DNA of 55,127 nt, filler included, from Asterionella formosa (taxonomy: Eukaryota): assembly GCA_002256025.1 (NCBI GenBank). It is 5 parts of 5 records of this genome, joined end to end, with 100 filler letters (N's around TTAATTAATTAA, not from the genome) between each part and the next. Parts side by side here need not be neighbours in the genome. Positions count along the whole stretch, not along the records: positions 22,125 to 33,065 come from NKIB01008967.1; positions 33,166 to 44,097 come from NKIB01008985.1; 3 more parts are not named here. One strand, written 5' to 3'. A program made the position numbers and the translations under genes. This document shows, one piece after another, positions 22,372 to 35,203 of this stretch (position 1 is the stretch's first letter; every line of letters begins with the position of its first letter). The notes under the pieces were generated by a model that did no database searches, was not told the origin of the DNA, and was given only the letters and a program-made list of their open reading frames with translations.

Positions 22372-24369
22372 ATGGGACAGGACGGCGAAGCCGCAGCAGA
22401 ACTCGTGGCCACCATTCGTGCTGAGCATGTGCCAATGAAGACTTGGTTCATGGGTGCTTCGCCAGCGGCGCAGGCCTTACGCAAGCAACATGGCGACTAT
22501 CCTGGCTTATGGAAAGAGGTGCTGAACTGGAAAGGCTGGAAGGAAGCAAGGAAAGAGTTTTTGAAGGAGCAGCAACAAGGCACTTCCTCCCACAATGTGA
22601 CAGAAGGACAAGGCGAGCACGATCAAGGAGGCGCTCGCAAGCGCCGATCCCGCTGGGGTGTTGCTGCCGACACCCAAACGGAGGACGATGAGCATCAACT
22701 TAACAAACGACGCTCGCGCTGGGGGTCCGCAGAACAGCAACCTCCTCAAGAACAATCGGCGCCGCTTGGCCTTTCTTCCATGTCGATTCCGCCGCAGCAG
22801 CAAGAGGAAATGAGACTGCTGCAATTAAGACTTCGAGAAATAAATGATAAGTTGAGCAACGTGGATCGTGAAGCCGCTCGTGTGGACGCCTTACCTCGAG
22901 GACATCGTGAGCGGTCTACTTCTCCACCCCCAGGTATGTACTCATGAGTCGACGGATCGCTTTCATTCCATCACTGCAGTAGTTGCTGAACACTAACACA
23001 TTTCCCTTTCCAAAATATTTAATCAGTGTACGGCGCCGACGGGAAACGCAAAAATACCCGTGCTATTCGTTGGAGGGAGCGCCTATCGACAGACCGCCAA
23101 GATGTCCTGGAACAACTCATGCAACTCAACCCAGCCACGAAATCGAACGCCTTGTTCAAACGAAAGCGCACTAAGAAGATTCCCATTCCCATTCATGATC
23201 ACCCCAACTACAATTTCATTGGACTCATCATCGGACCTCGAGGAAAAACTCAAAAGGAGTTGGAGTCAAAGACGGGATGCAAGATTGCCATTAGAGGAAG
23301 AGGAAGTGTCAAAGAAGGTGCCAGAGGACGAAGGGATGGAAAAATTATGGAAGGCGACGATGAACCCCTGCATGTGGTAATTACAGCGGAAGATCAGCGG
23401 TCAGTCGATGCAGCGACCGATATGATTACGCAAATGTTAGTGGTGATTGATGATGAAAAGAATATGCACAAGCAAAATCAGCTGCGCGAGCTTGCCTTGT
23501 TGAACGGTACACTCAAAGAAGATGAATTTTGTTCGATTTGTGCTGAAAAAGGACATCGGTCCTTTGAATGCCCAAAGAGATTCTCAATGAATAAAGCCAC
23601 AGTTGCAGTTCGGTGTGCGATTTGTGGAGATACCTCACACCCTACCAGAGATTGTACGCAACGTAAGGCAGATGTTACAAATGCAAAGGAATTGGATTCC
23701 GATTATCTTAGTTTCATGGATGAGTTGGACGGCAAGAAAGCGGAGGTTAAGCCCACAACTCTCCCACCAGTGGATCTCCCTGCGGCTCCAGTGACTGGAA
23801 TAACCATTCTCAAACCCGCTGAGTCAAAGCCTGTACCATTTCTTCCGGTACCCTTACCCCCTCCTCCCGTTGTTTTGCCTTCCCCGATGCTTCCACCACC
23901 ACCCATGGTTGGGCCCCCTCCACATGGCAACCTCATGGCTGGTCCACCTCCACCAGGCAACTTGCATCCGCCCATTCCACCTCCTCCAATGAACATACCA
24001 CTACCACCTCCTGTGGATAACAACGCGTTTTATGGCGGTCCGCCGCAAAATCAGGGAGGGTATGGCCACCAGGGAGGAGGTCAATACAACAACAGCAACA
24101 ATTATAGCAATGGCGGACAACAGGGGTACAACGACAATTATGGAAATCAGCAACAGCAATCATACGGACATCATCAGCAACAGCAGCAGCAGCAGCAGCA
24201 TCAGCAACAACAACAACACAACAATAATCGTGGTGGTCGTGGAGGTGGACGAAATAACAATGGGCATCAACAACAAGATGAGATGGCAGACTGGGATTAC
24301 CGCTCATTTTACGGCCAAGGGGGGAATGCTGGTGGTGCTGGTGGTTTCAATTGGTGGGAGCAAAACTAG
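22372..24369 (+). CDS. SF1: Splicing factor 1 / branchpoint-binding protein, 2 exons, ~634 aa
   Basis: Exons 22372-22933 and 23027-24369; intron 22934-23026 (GTATGT...CAG) restores RSTSPPPVYG. ULM motifs RKRRSRWG and KRRSRWG, KH-QUA2 (NFIGLIIGPRG, QLRELALLNGTL), two CCHC knuckles, Pro-rich and Q/N/G-rich tail. Confidence 0.93.
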
Positions 24370-24668
24370 GGATGCTACAGCCCTCCGTAGAAGCTGAATG
24401 CTTCAAGAAGTACCGGTATGTGAGCAGCATAATAACGCAATAATGTATTTAAGCTCGATGAGGTTAATTAAATGTAGTGTTGCTTTTGTGTAAAAAAAAT
24501 TCCCTTTTTCATTCCTCAACGCTTCCAATGCAACCTGGTCTTGCACTGTAGTAGAGTACAGGTCAAGTGAATCTCATATTTCTCCAGGAACGGGGTAACT
24601 TCTGATGAGACTCGCATTATTATAATTAATTACACTTCATGTAAGCAAATATTGTAATATTCGTCACC

Positions 24669-25311
24669 TTAATCCACGACAAAAGTTCCGGATTTGCCAG
24701 CAGCCACCTTTTCTAGCATTTCAATCGTCGTTTCCTTTTCCTTCAAGACAGCTCTGCAACAATCTGAAATGGTCAGCATTCCCACGACACATTTGTTGTC
24801 ATTGACAATTGGCAAATGTCTGCAATTGTGCTTCAACATGAGCTCCATGCAATCCATAATTGTGTCTGAGGATGTGACAGTAATAATGTTGGTGGCAGTT
24901 GTCTTAATGTCGGAAATGAGAACATCCTGTGGTCGCAAATCCAAAAGAGCTACTTTGCAAATCAGGTCTCGCTCCGACAGTAATCCCGAGACTTTGCCTA
25001 TACCGGTATGTAAGCGGTTTGTCGATGACAACATGTTGTTCATTGATTCTGTGAGTTTTGATCGATCGAAATGTTTCCAACAGCTGATTGTCCAGATGGA
25101 ACGTACCTTGATCATCCAGGGTAGCTAGCAACCCAATATTGAATTCGGACATTCGCTGGACAGCTTCCATGGCACTTTCCGTCTCTAGAATCGTATATTT
25201 GGCCTTGCTATACCTGCCTTGCCAGGCATCTGAAGATGGCATGAAGAAGAGCCAACGCTTTGATGCAGGTGCAAAGGGTGCCGATCGTGGTAGCAGAAGA
25301 CGAGTGATCAT
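24669..25311 (-). CDS. CBS-pair (Bateman) protein, probable mitochondrial presequence, 2 exons, ~177 aa
   Basis: Exons 25311-25107 and 24997-24669; intron 25106-24998 (GTACGT...TAG). Protein contains FNIGLLATLDDQGKVSGLLSERD and CRHLPIV...GMLTISD. Confidence 0.85.
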
Positions 25312-26502
25312 CTTACAAGGAATCGCCTAATCGGTTTGTATGAACTGGCCGGTTACTACCAGGGTACTGAACCTGCTAATCTTAGACTACCAGGTATACC
25401 AAACACATTGTGATGTACTACCGTACTCTGCTTCTTTGTTTTAAATTGATCAGTATTTCTCTTTCGTCTGGGCTTTTTTCGCCACACCAAACACTACAAC
25501 ACATATGTACTGGAAAAAGAACAAAGAACAGAAGCAAGCAAAAAATCTGTTGCTAATGATGGCTACCATCTGTGAGAATTACGGACTTGCCCCGTACAAA
25601 ATGCATGGCTATCAACTCGTTTCTGCTGGGTTCAGAAAATATCATGTGGATAAAAGATCGCAATTCTTACATCTTACATCCAAGGAAGTTTGATCTGCAG
25701 GGGTACCAGATACCTAATCCAGGGTGCGTGCTCTGGGATCTACACACTTTCTCGTCTGTACAAGATACCGGAACATGATATTTTTTATTATGATGGTCGA
25801 AAGATTGATATTGACATCAAGAAACCAGTCCCAGTACTGGTACCAGTACCCGTACACAATATGTAGAATACAAACGACGTTTGTTTAGAATTTGCTTACG
25901 TCGGAGGATGACGTAGTAAGAACGGTGATGATGATCTGGCGAATCTTTGGTATCAGCCAAGCACTTTGATTTCGAACCCCCCTCTCATCAGCATGCTCGC
26001 CCAATCTCGTTGGCAGTTGAGCACCAATGTACTTCCCTGTTGATGTACGGAGTACCTGGTACTACCGGTACCACCTGTTGACCCTTTGCAGTCTGCTGAC
26101 GAGAACCCCAGTTTCGGCTTCGTTGGTGGGTGGTCAGCCCAATCATAATTCACCATTTGCGTTCGGCTTGCTTTGCTTATATCCTCGTCGTCCGATTTAA
26201 GAAAGGTGTGTAGGGCACCCGGCATGCCAAAACGCCAGAAGATTGTTTTCTACGGGGCCGGCAATATCGCAGGCACACAGTACCGGTATACCATCACTTC
26301 AGCAGCCGGACGCAACAAGAATAATGTACATCAGGAAATTATACCGCTACGGCTACCAGGTATAGGAGTACCATGCTACCAGGTAGCAACTGTCACTGTC
26401 ACCAACGTGCAACCCGAATCAGCTTCACCAGCACCTTCCATTACGCTTATTGCTGCTCAACTTTCGACCCGGCAAACTAGTCTACCGGCACTTTACTAAA
26501 CC

Positions 26503-27321
26503 ATGTTGTCTCGTGCCTCCACCACCTTTGCTCGATCTGCCAGTCGCTTCAGCGCACGATGTGTTCCTGCTCCTCGCCTCATGAGCACGAATATTGAGGA
26601 TGCTCTCTTGACCGCCGACGACGCCTTCAAGAAGTCGGGATACATTCAAATTGACTACACCATCAACGAAGACGCCTTCGTCTACGATGCTGTCCAGAAG
26701 TTTGCTGCCTTTAACATTGGATGTCTCGTGACTGTCAACAACGGTGCGTTCGTTATTATGGAAGCTCCCGGTACTTTGCCTGTATGAGAAGGCACGAATC
26801 CCCTGCTGTCACAATGAGTTGTTCAGCACACTCTCACGCTTATTCTATCTTGTATTATTCCCTCTTGTTTCGACGCCTTAGATGGAGCCTTGACTGGGGT
26901 CATTTCCGAGAGAGACTACATCACCAAGATTGCCTTGTTGGGACGAACGTCCAAGGCAACCAAAGTCAAGGAAATCGCCACTCAGTCTGCCAAGGTTATT
27001 ACCGTCACAGTCAAGGAGCCCGTGGAATCATGCATGCAGAAGATGCTTAGTTCGGATATTCGTCATGTGAGTGTGCTCGTTCCAATGTGTGCTTCATCCT
27101 GCTCGTGCGGTGTGCCCGCGGTTCTGTGAAACATGCAGACTCATGCTCATTTTTGGCTTTTTCGTCATCTTTAGCTCCCTCTTATTGGCGAGTCTGGAAA
27201 AGTGGTTGGTATGATTTCCATCAAGGATCTTGTCAAGACTGTTGTTATGGAAAAGGAGCGAACTATCAAGGTCCTTTCAGACTTTGCTCTCGGTAGGGGC
27301 GGACATTTCGGCAGTGAGTAA
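26503..27321 (+). CDS. CBS-pair (Bateman) protein, probable mitochondrial presequence, 3 exons, ~190 aa
   Basis: Exons 26503-26743, 26882-27066, 27175-27321 (573 nt); GT-AG introns 26744-26881 and 27067-27174. Protein contains FNIGCLVTVNNDGALTGVISERDY and IRHLPLI...GMISIKD. Confidence 0.9.
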
Positions 27322-27527
27322 TTTGCATAAAGGAATCATATCATAAACCTTCTATGAGATGCGTTGATTGAAAGGTAGCGTCGTCCGAACCTTTCTTCCA
27401 CCGCTAATGTTCATGTTGACAGCACAAACTGAGATCATACGTGTCTATAGATTTCTTCCTTTTCTGTTGAAGTATTAATTTATATTACGTAGGTGCTTGT
27501 CATCGGTGATCCCTTTCGTCCTAATAG

Positions 27528-30185
27528 TTAGGACAAGTCCATCCAGCCAAGGGTATCTGCGAGGTTTGCAATCATCCTGTGCATTGCAATCTTGTCTGCT
27601 CTCTGTGGATTATGGCATTCCATTATGTTCATCAGCATTTCCATTGCTTCGAACTTGTCACCATGGTCAATCATCAATTGGGCGTTCTGTAGCATTGATG
27701 CGACCTCGTCATGCAAGACTATCGAGTCAATCTTTGCAGAAATGTCGTCGTTGAAAGCGACGTTTTCCTTACCTTTAGCAACAATTGGTGCTCTAATTTT
27801 GTTAATACCAGCAACTGTGCTAAGTAGGACACGTTGAGATCGCCCAAGGACTCTCTTTGCCGGGGTACCGGAAAAAGGCGGGTCCTCGCTTGACTCTGCT
27901 GCTTTCATAGAGTTCTCGAACACGTTGTCGTGGGACGACACACCGACCACTCCAGGATGAGACAGCAGCGGACCAGATCGAACGGTACTATCAACCACGC
28001 CAAGCTTTTTTAGGACCTCGCATTCTCCGACAGGAGCAAGTTTGAATAGTTTGCTCAGTTCCTGACGATCAAAGAAACGCGCCGTCGAATTGCCACTACT
28101 AGTTACAACAGCACGTCGAATGCCGTCCTTGTAGATTTGTTTTTCGTACATTTTCTCTTCGACAGTACCACTTGCTATGAGACGAAAGACTTGAACTTCC
28201 CGTTCTTGTCCGATTCGATAGCAACGATCAACAGCTTGACTATCTTCTGCAGGGTTCCAACTTGGGTCGAAAATAATGGCGCGGTCTGCTCCGGTCAAAG
28301 TCAAACCAAGTCCCCCGGCTTTGGTACTTACTAACATGGCTTCTACAGTAGATAAAGGTGAATTGAACTCATCCACAAACCGCTGTCGATCCTTTTCCTT
28401 TGTCGATCCATCGATTCGGGATAGATTGACGCCCTCCAAAACACGTTCGATGATGTCCAATGTTTTGGTACTTTGTGAAAAGATGAGTGTACGATGGCCA
28501 TCTGTCGATAAGTGATTGATCAGCGTTGACAAAACAACAAGTTTTGCACTGTTGTTAAGTAGATCAGTGATTTCAACCTTCCCAATCTCGCCTTGAATAT
28601 TGGCGGCTGAGAACTCGACAAGTAGTGGATGACCACATAACTTCTTCAACCAAGTAACTGCTTCCAAGGGAGAGGTAACTTCACCAGCTAAAACTGAAGC
28701 AACGTGTTCCCCACTGACGTATTCTTCATAGAGCTGACGCTGCTTCGGTGATAGATGCGTCCAAACAACAAATTCTTGCTTTCGGGGGAGTTGTTTTCCT
28801 AACACTGTCTTCATGCGCTGTAGAAAATATGGTCGGAGTACATTTTTTAGTTCTGTATTGGCTTTTTCAGCGAGCAGAAGCATGCATTTATCAGCATTCC
28901 TTTGTCTGCCATTCTCAATAGGCTTTCCAAAAGCTTGCTGAAATTGTTTGATTGACCCCAAAACTTTTCCACTACTACACCAATCAAACAAGGCCCATAA
29001 CTCTGTTGATTGCCAGGAGTCCCTGAGTCTGTGAGATGAATTTGAAGAAAAAAGTCGATCAACATGCGCTTGTCAAGTCAACTTACCAATGAGATTGTTC
29101 ATGATGGGAGTGCCTGTGAGCAAAATTCTCCGGGTGCTCTCATCGTTGCAAATATATCGACAATTCTTGGCAACTTTCGTTGAGGTGTTCTTAATCTTAT
29201 GACCTTCGTCCAAGATTACATAATCCCAAGGGTATCCTTCAGCGCGAAAGTCCATAGAGTAGTCTCCACCGATTAAGCCATATGTGGTAATTACCAGGGA
29301 AGGGTTATTATAATTGCACTGAATTGCCTCACGTAGAATGCGGATGCGTCGATCGCGGGACATGTCAGAGCTAACAACCGATATTTGGATGTTTGGTACA
29401 CATTTTTTCTTGATTATCATGAATGCTTCGTTCTCCCAACTTCTCAGCAAAGATACAGGAACAATTATGAGAGCGTTCGATATGGTTTTGCCTCGCATTA
29501 ATCCACCAAGGTAGGAAAGGGACTGGTATGTCTTGCATACAAAAACATATTAGTAAAAAAAACCCGGCTGACTTGCCAGTTTCACGTGCAGTTCACTTAC
29601 TTTGCCCATACCCATGTCGTCTGCAAGAATACCGCCAACTTTCTGCGAGTACATGCTTGCCATCCACTGTATTCCACTTTTTTGATGTGCGAAGAGTCGA
29701 TAATATAGTTCTGCTGGAAGCCTAAGAGCCGGCCAAGTTATCCCTGGAATGGAGTATTTTTTATCTGATAGATAGTATTCGTCGACGACCTCATCGTGAT
29801 ACCATGCATCATCTTCCAGAGCTGCAGGGTGAGGTCCGATAGGCGTTTTCCCCTCCAGATTTGTCACAGATTTTTCGGGCGATTCAGCGGCTAATGTACT
29901 GGCTATCTGTCCTGGTTTCAAATGCTGTGGTGAATCAACAATCATGCATTCTGATTCAAGTGACGAAAAAGACGTGTCCTGCTTAGTTTTCGTAGATCGA
30001 GGGGGTTTCTTTAGTACCTCCTTGTCATCGTCAATGCTCTCATTATCGCTGTCTTCCAGCAACTCTCGGCGAGTGCGCTCAACAAAGCTTTCTTGCGTTG
30101 ACGGTCCCATCCAATCATTATCAGAACTATCATCGTCACTGTCATCATCAATGACGATACGACGCTGGCGATACGACGAGCTCAT
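27528..30185 (-). CDS. SNF2-family ATPase, ERCC6L/PICH-like, 3 exons, ~834 aa
   Basis: Exons 30185-29601, 29531-29087, 29002-27528 (2505 nt); introns 29600-29532 and 29086-29003. Motifs GGILADDMGMGKT, ILDEGHKIKN, LTGTPIMNNLIELWALFDW, GLGLTLTGADR, DPSWNPAEDSQAVDRCYRIGQ. Confidence 0.88.
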
Positions 30186-31755
30186 TGAATTATTTCTGTG
30201 TTGTGCGACGTGTAATAGAAGCCAAACTAATCAGGGCAACTTTACCAGAATGATAGGAGTCTCAAAGCAAGGAACAATGGATTAGATTGCATCCCCTATG
30301 TACTACCGGTAACCAAATTCTCGGGACTTTTATGATATATTCAAATTACCGGTACTTTGTACTCTAGACTGCAAGGAACCAGGGTACCAGATACAAATAA
30401 TCATTATTGCAATGCATGTATCATATACCGATAAATAGCTACCAGGTACCTGGTACCGATATGTACATCCGATCAATTTTGAACAGCCAACAAATCAGAA
30501 AAGGAACAAATATGGGATGTGAGGCCTAATATAAATTACATAAAAACCGCGCAATGTTTCATTTGAAATTTCTTCGACTCATCCGACTAAAGACAAATTA
30601 CTTCAGCCATGAAACGGTGGCATAGTTTATGCATGCGACAAAAGTTCAGTTCGCCTTCCGGACAAAGTATCAGCACTGGTATTCTCGGCTACTACCGGTT
30701 GGCAACCTGGAGGATGGTATGTACCAGGTAGCTACACTGAACTTTGCATTGTCCAGTATTTGAAAAGTGATCAAACTTTTATCACTTTCTATTTTTTTTA
30801 ACTATTTGATACAAATCGAATTGTTTTATTCAATAAAATCTTAGTGGGGTGAAACCGAATTTTGATTTCGATCTGAATTGCTATTCATCCTCAAGATGCA
30901 AGATCAAATTATCCAACACATCGAAACAACAGGAGCGTTGTTAGTGTTAACAACTGAAAAGTCTATTCCCCATGGTTAGTGGTAAAACTTCATTAGGGTT
31001 GTGGAAATGTTTTGCAACAAGGAATATCTTGCTAGTTGTTTGAACAATCATAAATCATGTGCTGACTAAGCTTCATTCAATGGATTCACCCATTATTTTC
31101 ATTGCATTTGGTTTATCAATACAGCATGTAGCTTTATAATAACTTTGCATATAGATTTTGCTATATATACTTGTGCAGTCCATTCTGCAAAAATGATTAG
31201 GCCTGTGCAAATGCTGAGGTATGGACCAGACCAGGTTGGGTTTTGTGATCTTGCATTCCTTTATCATTCCTCTCGATCTTTTCTTGTGCTTTCCTAACTG
31301 AGGAGCTATTGCATTTTTGTTGTTGTTAAACATGACAATTTTTTTGAGGGGTTTGTGTGCAACATCTGGATTCCATGTATTACCTTTTGTTGCCTTGAAT
31401 TGGCATGAAGATTATTACTGGAAGAAGGGATTCAATTCAGTTGTTGTTCAGCAAACGTATGTGCCTTGTCATTCATGAATTTTCTCCTTTTTTGAACCAT
31501 GACATACTACTACATATTTTCTTAGATATGGCACTGCAGACTTGTGTAGGTCAAATGTACTTTATGAATTTAAATCCACTTTTGCAGCCTATGCATACAA
31601 AATTGCCAAGTTGAAAGAGCTGCACCATCGTGTCAATAGAAATGATTGCGAGAGAAAAAAAACCCCATCAGAACGAGCTCGAGGACGAGTATACCAGAAC
31701 GGACACGGCCACGACTCAAAACCGAAAAAACCATATTGGCCAATGGTTTCGGTTC

Positions 31756-32334
31756 TTACACATCATTGATTTCCTCCACTTGGACTTCTGTTGTTGAATC
31801 CACTCGCTGCGGAATCGCTTCATCAGTTACTGTCGGTGCAATCACTGCATCATGCGGAGAAAAAAAATCCCTTCGACAACACGGACATGTCGGCAGTCTC
31901 AATAATGATTGACGAATACAATCTGCATGAAACTCATGAATGCAGTCTTTATTCGGTGAACTTGCCAACTCGTCTCCTTCCTGTGCATCTTCTAAACAAA
32001 TTTCACAGGTGAACATAGTGTCATCGTTATGAAACGTGCGTACGACAAGAGCTGACAAATCAGGGTATGGTTTTGGCACTGCTCGTAGTGCAGGGACACG
32101 ACCCAACGATACAATGTTATCGCGCCGCTCAATCGATCTTTGCTCGGCCGCTAAACGAAAGCGTCTCCGCAGTCGAATTTCATGGGAGATGGCAGAGATG
32201 CACATTGCCAGAACTGCAAAAACCAAGGCAAAGAATGGACCAAACAAGAGGAGTACAGCGCTAAAGACAATGATGAAGCTGGCCGCTACCACTCCATTTC
32301 TTTGAAAGCTTTCGCAGCGGCTTTCGGGCGTCAT
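31756..32334 (-). CDS. Membrane-anchored RING-H2 protein (ATL-like)
   Basis: N-terminal hydrophobic hairpin, basic patch, then CEIC...CIHEFHADC...CPCC. Confidence 0.8.
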   Translation of the reverse strand: MTPESRCESFQRNGVVAASFIIVFSAVLLLFGPFFALVFAVLAMCISAISHEIRLRRRFRLAAEQRSIERRDNIVSLGRVPALRAVPKPYPDLSALVVRTFHNDDTMFTCEICLEDAQEGDELASSPNKDCIHEFHADCIRQSLLRLPTCPCCRRDFFSPHDAVIAPTVTDEAIPQRVDSTTEVQVEEINDV

Positions 32335-32898
32335 GCTGAAACGTTTTGCAATCTATTCGGTATTTATGGAGTGAAGCGATGACAGAGAAGCAAAGGGGTT
32401 CTCGTGATTGATGATTGCGAACCATATGTTTCTTTCATCAATCGCACCAAGCACGAAATTACATACAGGGACTGTTTCTTAAGAAATTATTTTTTGAGAC
32501 ATCCCGGTTTGAAAATTACCTACATACCGGAATATATACATATGTTGAATCGAATGATTCAAAAGAATATATGGGACCAAAATCAGAATTCGAAAGCAAT
32601 CTGCACAACCTATACCGGTAATTCAATTAAAACTTTTGGGAACAATTAAAATTGATCTCTGCAAAATTGTGGTTCATATCTACAGCCTATATTTTTCCCT
32701 GACATGTCCTTACAGGATACAAGAAAGCATTAGAAGGCTTCGGGACACAATTTCAAGAGCGATAATTGAATTATCCAGCCAGGAAGCAAGTGCCACAAGT
32801 CAAGAAACAACATCAAGCAGAGGACCGTGGAGAGTCCGGAGTCAAGAATTGAGGGTACCAGACCATAAAGAGTCTGAAGAAGTCTCTAAATGCGAAAC

Positions 32899-33065
32899 AT
32901 GACTGGCAAAGGAAGGTTCAGCAAGAATGCTCAAGTCAAGGGCAAGTTACAAGCCACGGGAGGGAGCAATAATGCATCCCATACCAACATGAGGTCTATC
33001 AATGACTACAACTATTACCTCAGATCAGCAAAGCAGGCATCTGTTTATGAAACTACCACAGAGTA
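32899..33065 (+). mobile_element. 5' end of a putative Ty1/copia gag, cut by the scaffold end
   Basis: MTGKGRFSKN...SINDYNYYLRSAKQASVYETTTE resembles, from memory, the DY-x-YY-x-GSAKQASD-x-ETTTE N-terminal motif of diatom copia-like polyproteins. Confidence 0.5.
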
Positions 33066-33165
33066 NNNNNNNNNNNNNNNNNNNNNNNNNNNNNNNNNNN
33101 NNNNNNNNNTTAATTAATTAANNNNNNNNNNNNNNNNNNNNNNNNNNNNNNNNNNNNNNNNNNNN
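33066..33165. other. Artificial scaffold-join spacer
   Basis: 100 bp, N44-TTAATTAATTAA-N44. Confidence 0.97.
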
Positions 33166-33411
33166 GACTGGAGATGTTTACTTATTGACAAATGACTGGA
33201 GATGTTACTTATTGACAAGTGAATCAGATGCTCACTTATTGTCAAAAGAATAAGTGCTGCTCACTTATTGTCAAATGAATATGCTTACTTATTGTCAAAG
33301 TAAGCAAGATCATTTTGACGGGATCAAGGAAAGTGTGAGAAGTCTTGTTCGGGATTACATGAGTAATCAGGCAAGAACAAGACTAGATAGACTATTAACA
33401 GAAAGCTCACA
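33166..33411 (+). mobile_element. Partial LTR (3' portion), homologous to the LTR at 35212-35561
   Basis: Shares the ~27-bp subrepeat array and the block TTACATGAGT(A/C)ATCAGGCAAGAACAAGACTAGATAGACTATTAACAG..AGCTCACA. Similarity ends at ...CTCACAA. Confidence 0.7.
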
Positions 33412-34930
33412 ATATTACAAAGTGTAAAGTGAAAATACGTTTTCAGCTTTAGAGATCTTAAAAGTAAGATCTGTGATATTTCAACTAGACAATTTAACAG
33501 TATTGGTCGTGTCCGTTGTTGATGTGTTGACGGAATTCTTGTAAAATGACTATAATGACAAGGCAATGCCGCGTTGGAACGGACCCACTGCTGCCGCTTA
33601 AATGTGGCGTTTCCTATATATTTTTACGACACAGAAAATACGGGTACCAGGTACTGTACACTGAAAGGCAGGATTCATGAACGTCATGGGGGGATGTCTT
33701 CGCTGGCGGTTAGAGAATCATAAATATTTGTGTACAAATGATATTTCTTTGTATGAGAGGCCGGAAAATAATTCCTCTACGTTTTAGCTATGTAGGATGG
33801 GCCTTTTCCGGCACTGTCTTTCATTTCTCCAACTGTCGTGGTTGATGTCAATCATACTACCAGGTACCGGTACCGTGCAAGTTGCGGAAATTTTGCTTGA
33901 ACAAAAAAATTTAATACGGGATAAAGAAAGCAAAACTTTTAGTTTCAGAACAATTACCGCAACTTGCCGGCATGAAGTGTTTGCATTGGCTAACTCTCTA
34001 CATAACGGTGGATTAACAGATATGAAAGCACAGAATGACTATATGGTACATTTGGTGACACTACATTTGATGTTCAATGGACCATTATCGGACCATAGAA
34101 AATAATGCGTACGATTTACAAAACTGTTTGGACAAAATTTGCTTGATTACTGTTTAGCTCACTTTTAGATGGATTTCTTTAATGAATTAGAAACCAGAAT
34201 AACAATCAATATACCGGTTTGTTGACATTTGGCATGTGAACCCAATTAGAAGGCTAACCTAATCTTACTTAAGGAATATTCCTCCAAGGGACATTCACGA
34301 ATTCAGAACTGTTCACTAAAAGAGATACTAAAAAAAATTGTGAGCCGGTGGTTTTTAAGTTAGTACCCTGGTACGCTTGTACTGGTACGCATGAGTACCA
34401 AAGTCAATTGACATTGCTAGTAAATAGAGTGTCGTACAGGTGGATCGACAGTTTCGTCATGTCTTATACAGTGAGTACCAAGTACCTGGTACCAGTAAAA
34501 AACTGCATCATTGAGTTGCATTTCAGTTTTACCGGACATTTTGACATTAACGTAGGTCAGATATGAACAGGCTACATACAATATATTCGAAACACACGAG
34601 TGTACCACAGGGCGGAATCCAGAATCCGTTCACATGCCATACTTGATGTCGAAATCAACAGTATCAACAGTACGACATGATTAATAATAACAATATTTTT
34701 TATTTTTTATTTCTATCATATACATATATATGTGTATACCGGTATTATGTTCAAGGAGCATGGTGATACAAAGCAGAGAAATATTACAACGTGCCACAGG
34801 TAAGCAAAGTCATTCAATAGTGAACAGGCACAGTATGGTGGAAATATGTATGACCAATCCATATGTATGTTGAACAACCCATGCATGGATTTAGAATGAA
34901 TCCACTCAAAGAAGTTGAATAAGTGGAATG

Positions 34931-35193
34931 CCCAGTATCATTGCAGAAGACAATACAGGTGTGATCTTTTAGTAATCAAAGAATCAACAGGTTGGTTAAC
35001 GAACTAAGCACATTGATGTGAGTTATCATTTCATTTGAGAAAAGGTGAGCGAAGGCTGGGGATATATTAAAGTTGATTATGTGAATACTTTGAAGAATCC
35101 TGCAGACCTTGCTACTCTCAAAGAATGTCACTCAGATTATCCATGAAACTCAGCCACGCAACTCACATTATGAATGAGACTATGAATTGTTAG
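34931..35193 (+). mobile_element. Decayed Ty1/copia RNase H C-terminus
   Basis: PSIIAEDNTGVIF...NQQVG*RTKHIDVSYHFI*EKVSEG...YIKVDYVNTLKNPADLAT, with in-frame stops and frameshifts. Confidence 0.85.
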
Positions 35194-35203
35194 TTTCGAG
35201 ATC

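Noticed and set aside
33166..33300. CRISPR-like array in the ~27-bp repeats (also 35290-35445)
   Set aside because: Units are contiguous and degenerate with no unique spacers, lie inside an LTR, and there are no cas genes in this eukaryotic DNA.
32899..33411. One intact LTR retrotransposon spanning the gap (gag on the left, LTR on the right)
   Set aside because: The gap is an artificial join of different scaffolds, and the right-hand LTR has no match upstream of the gag.
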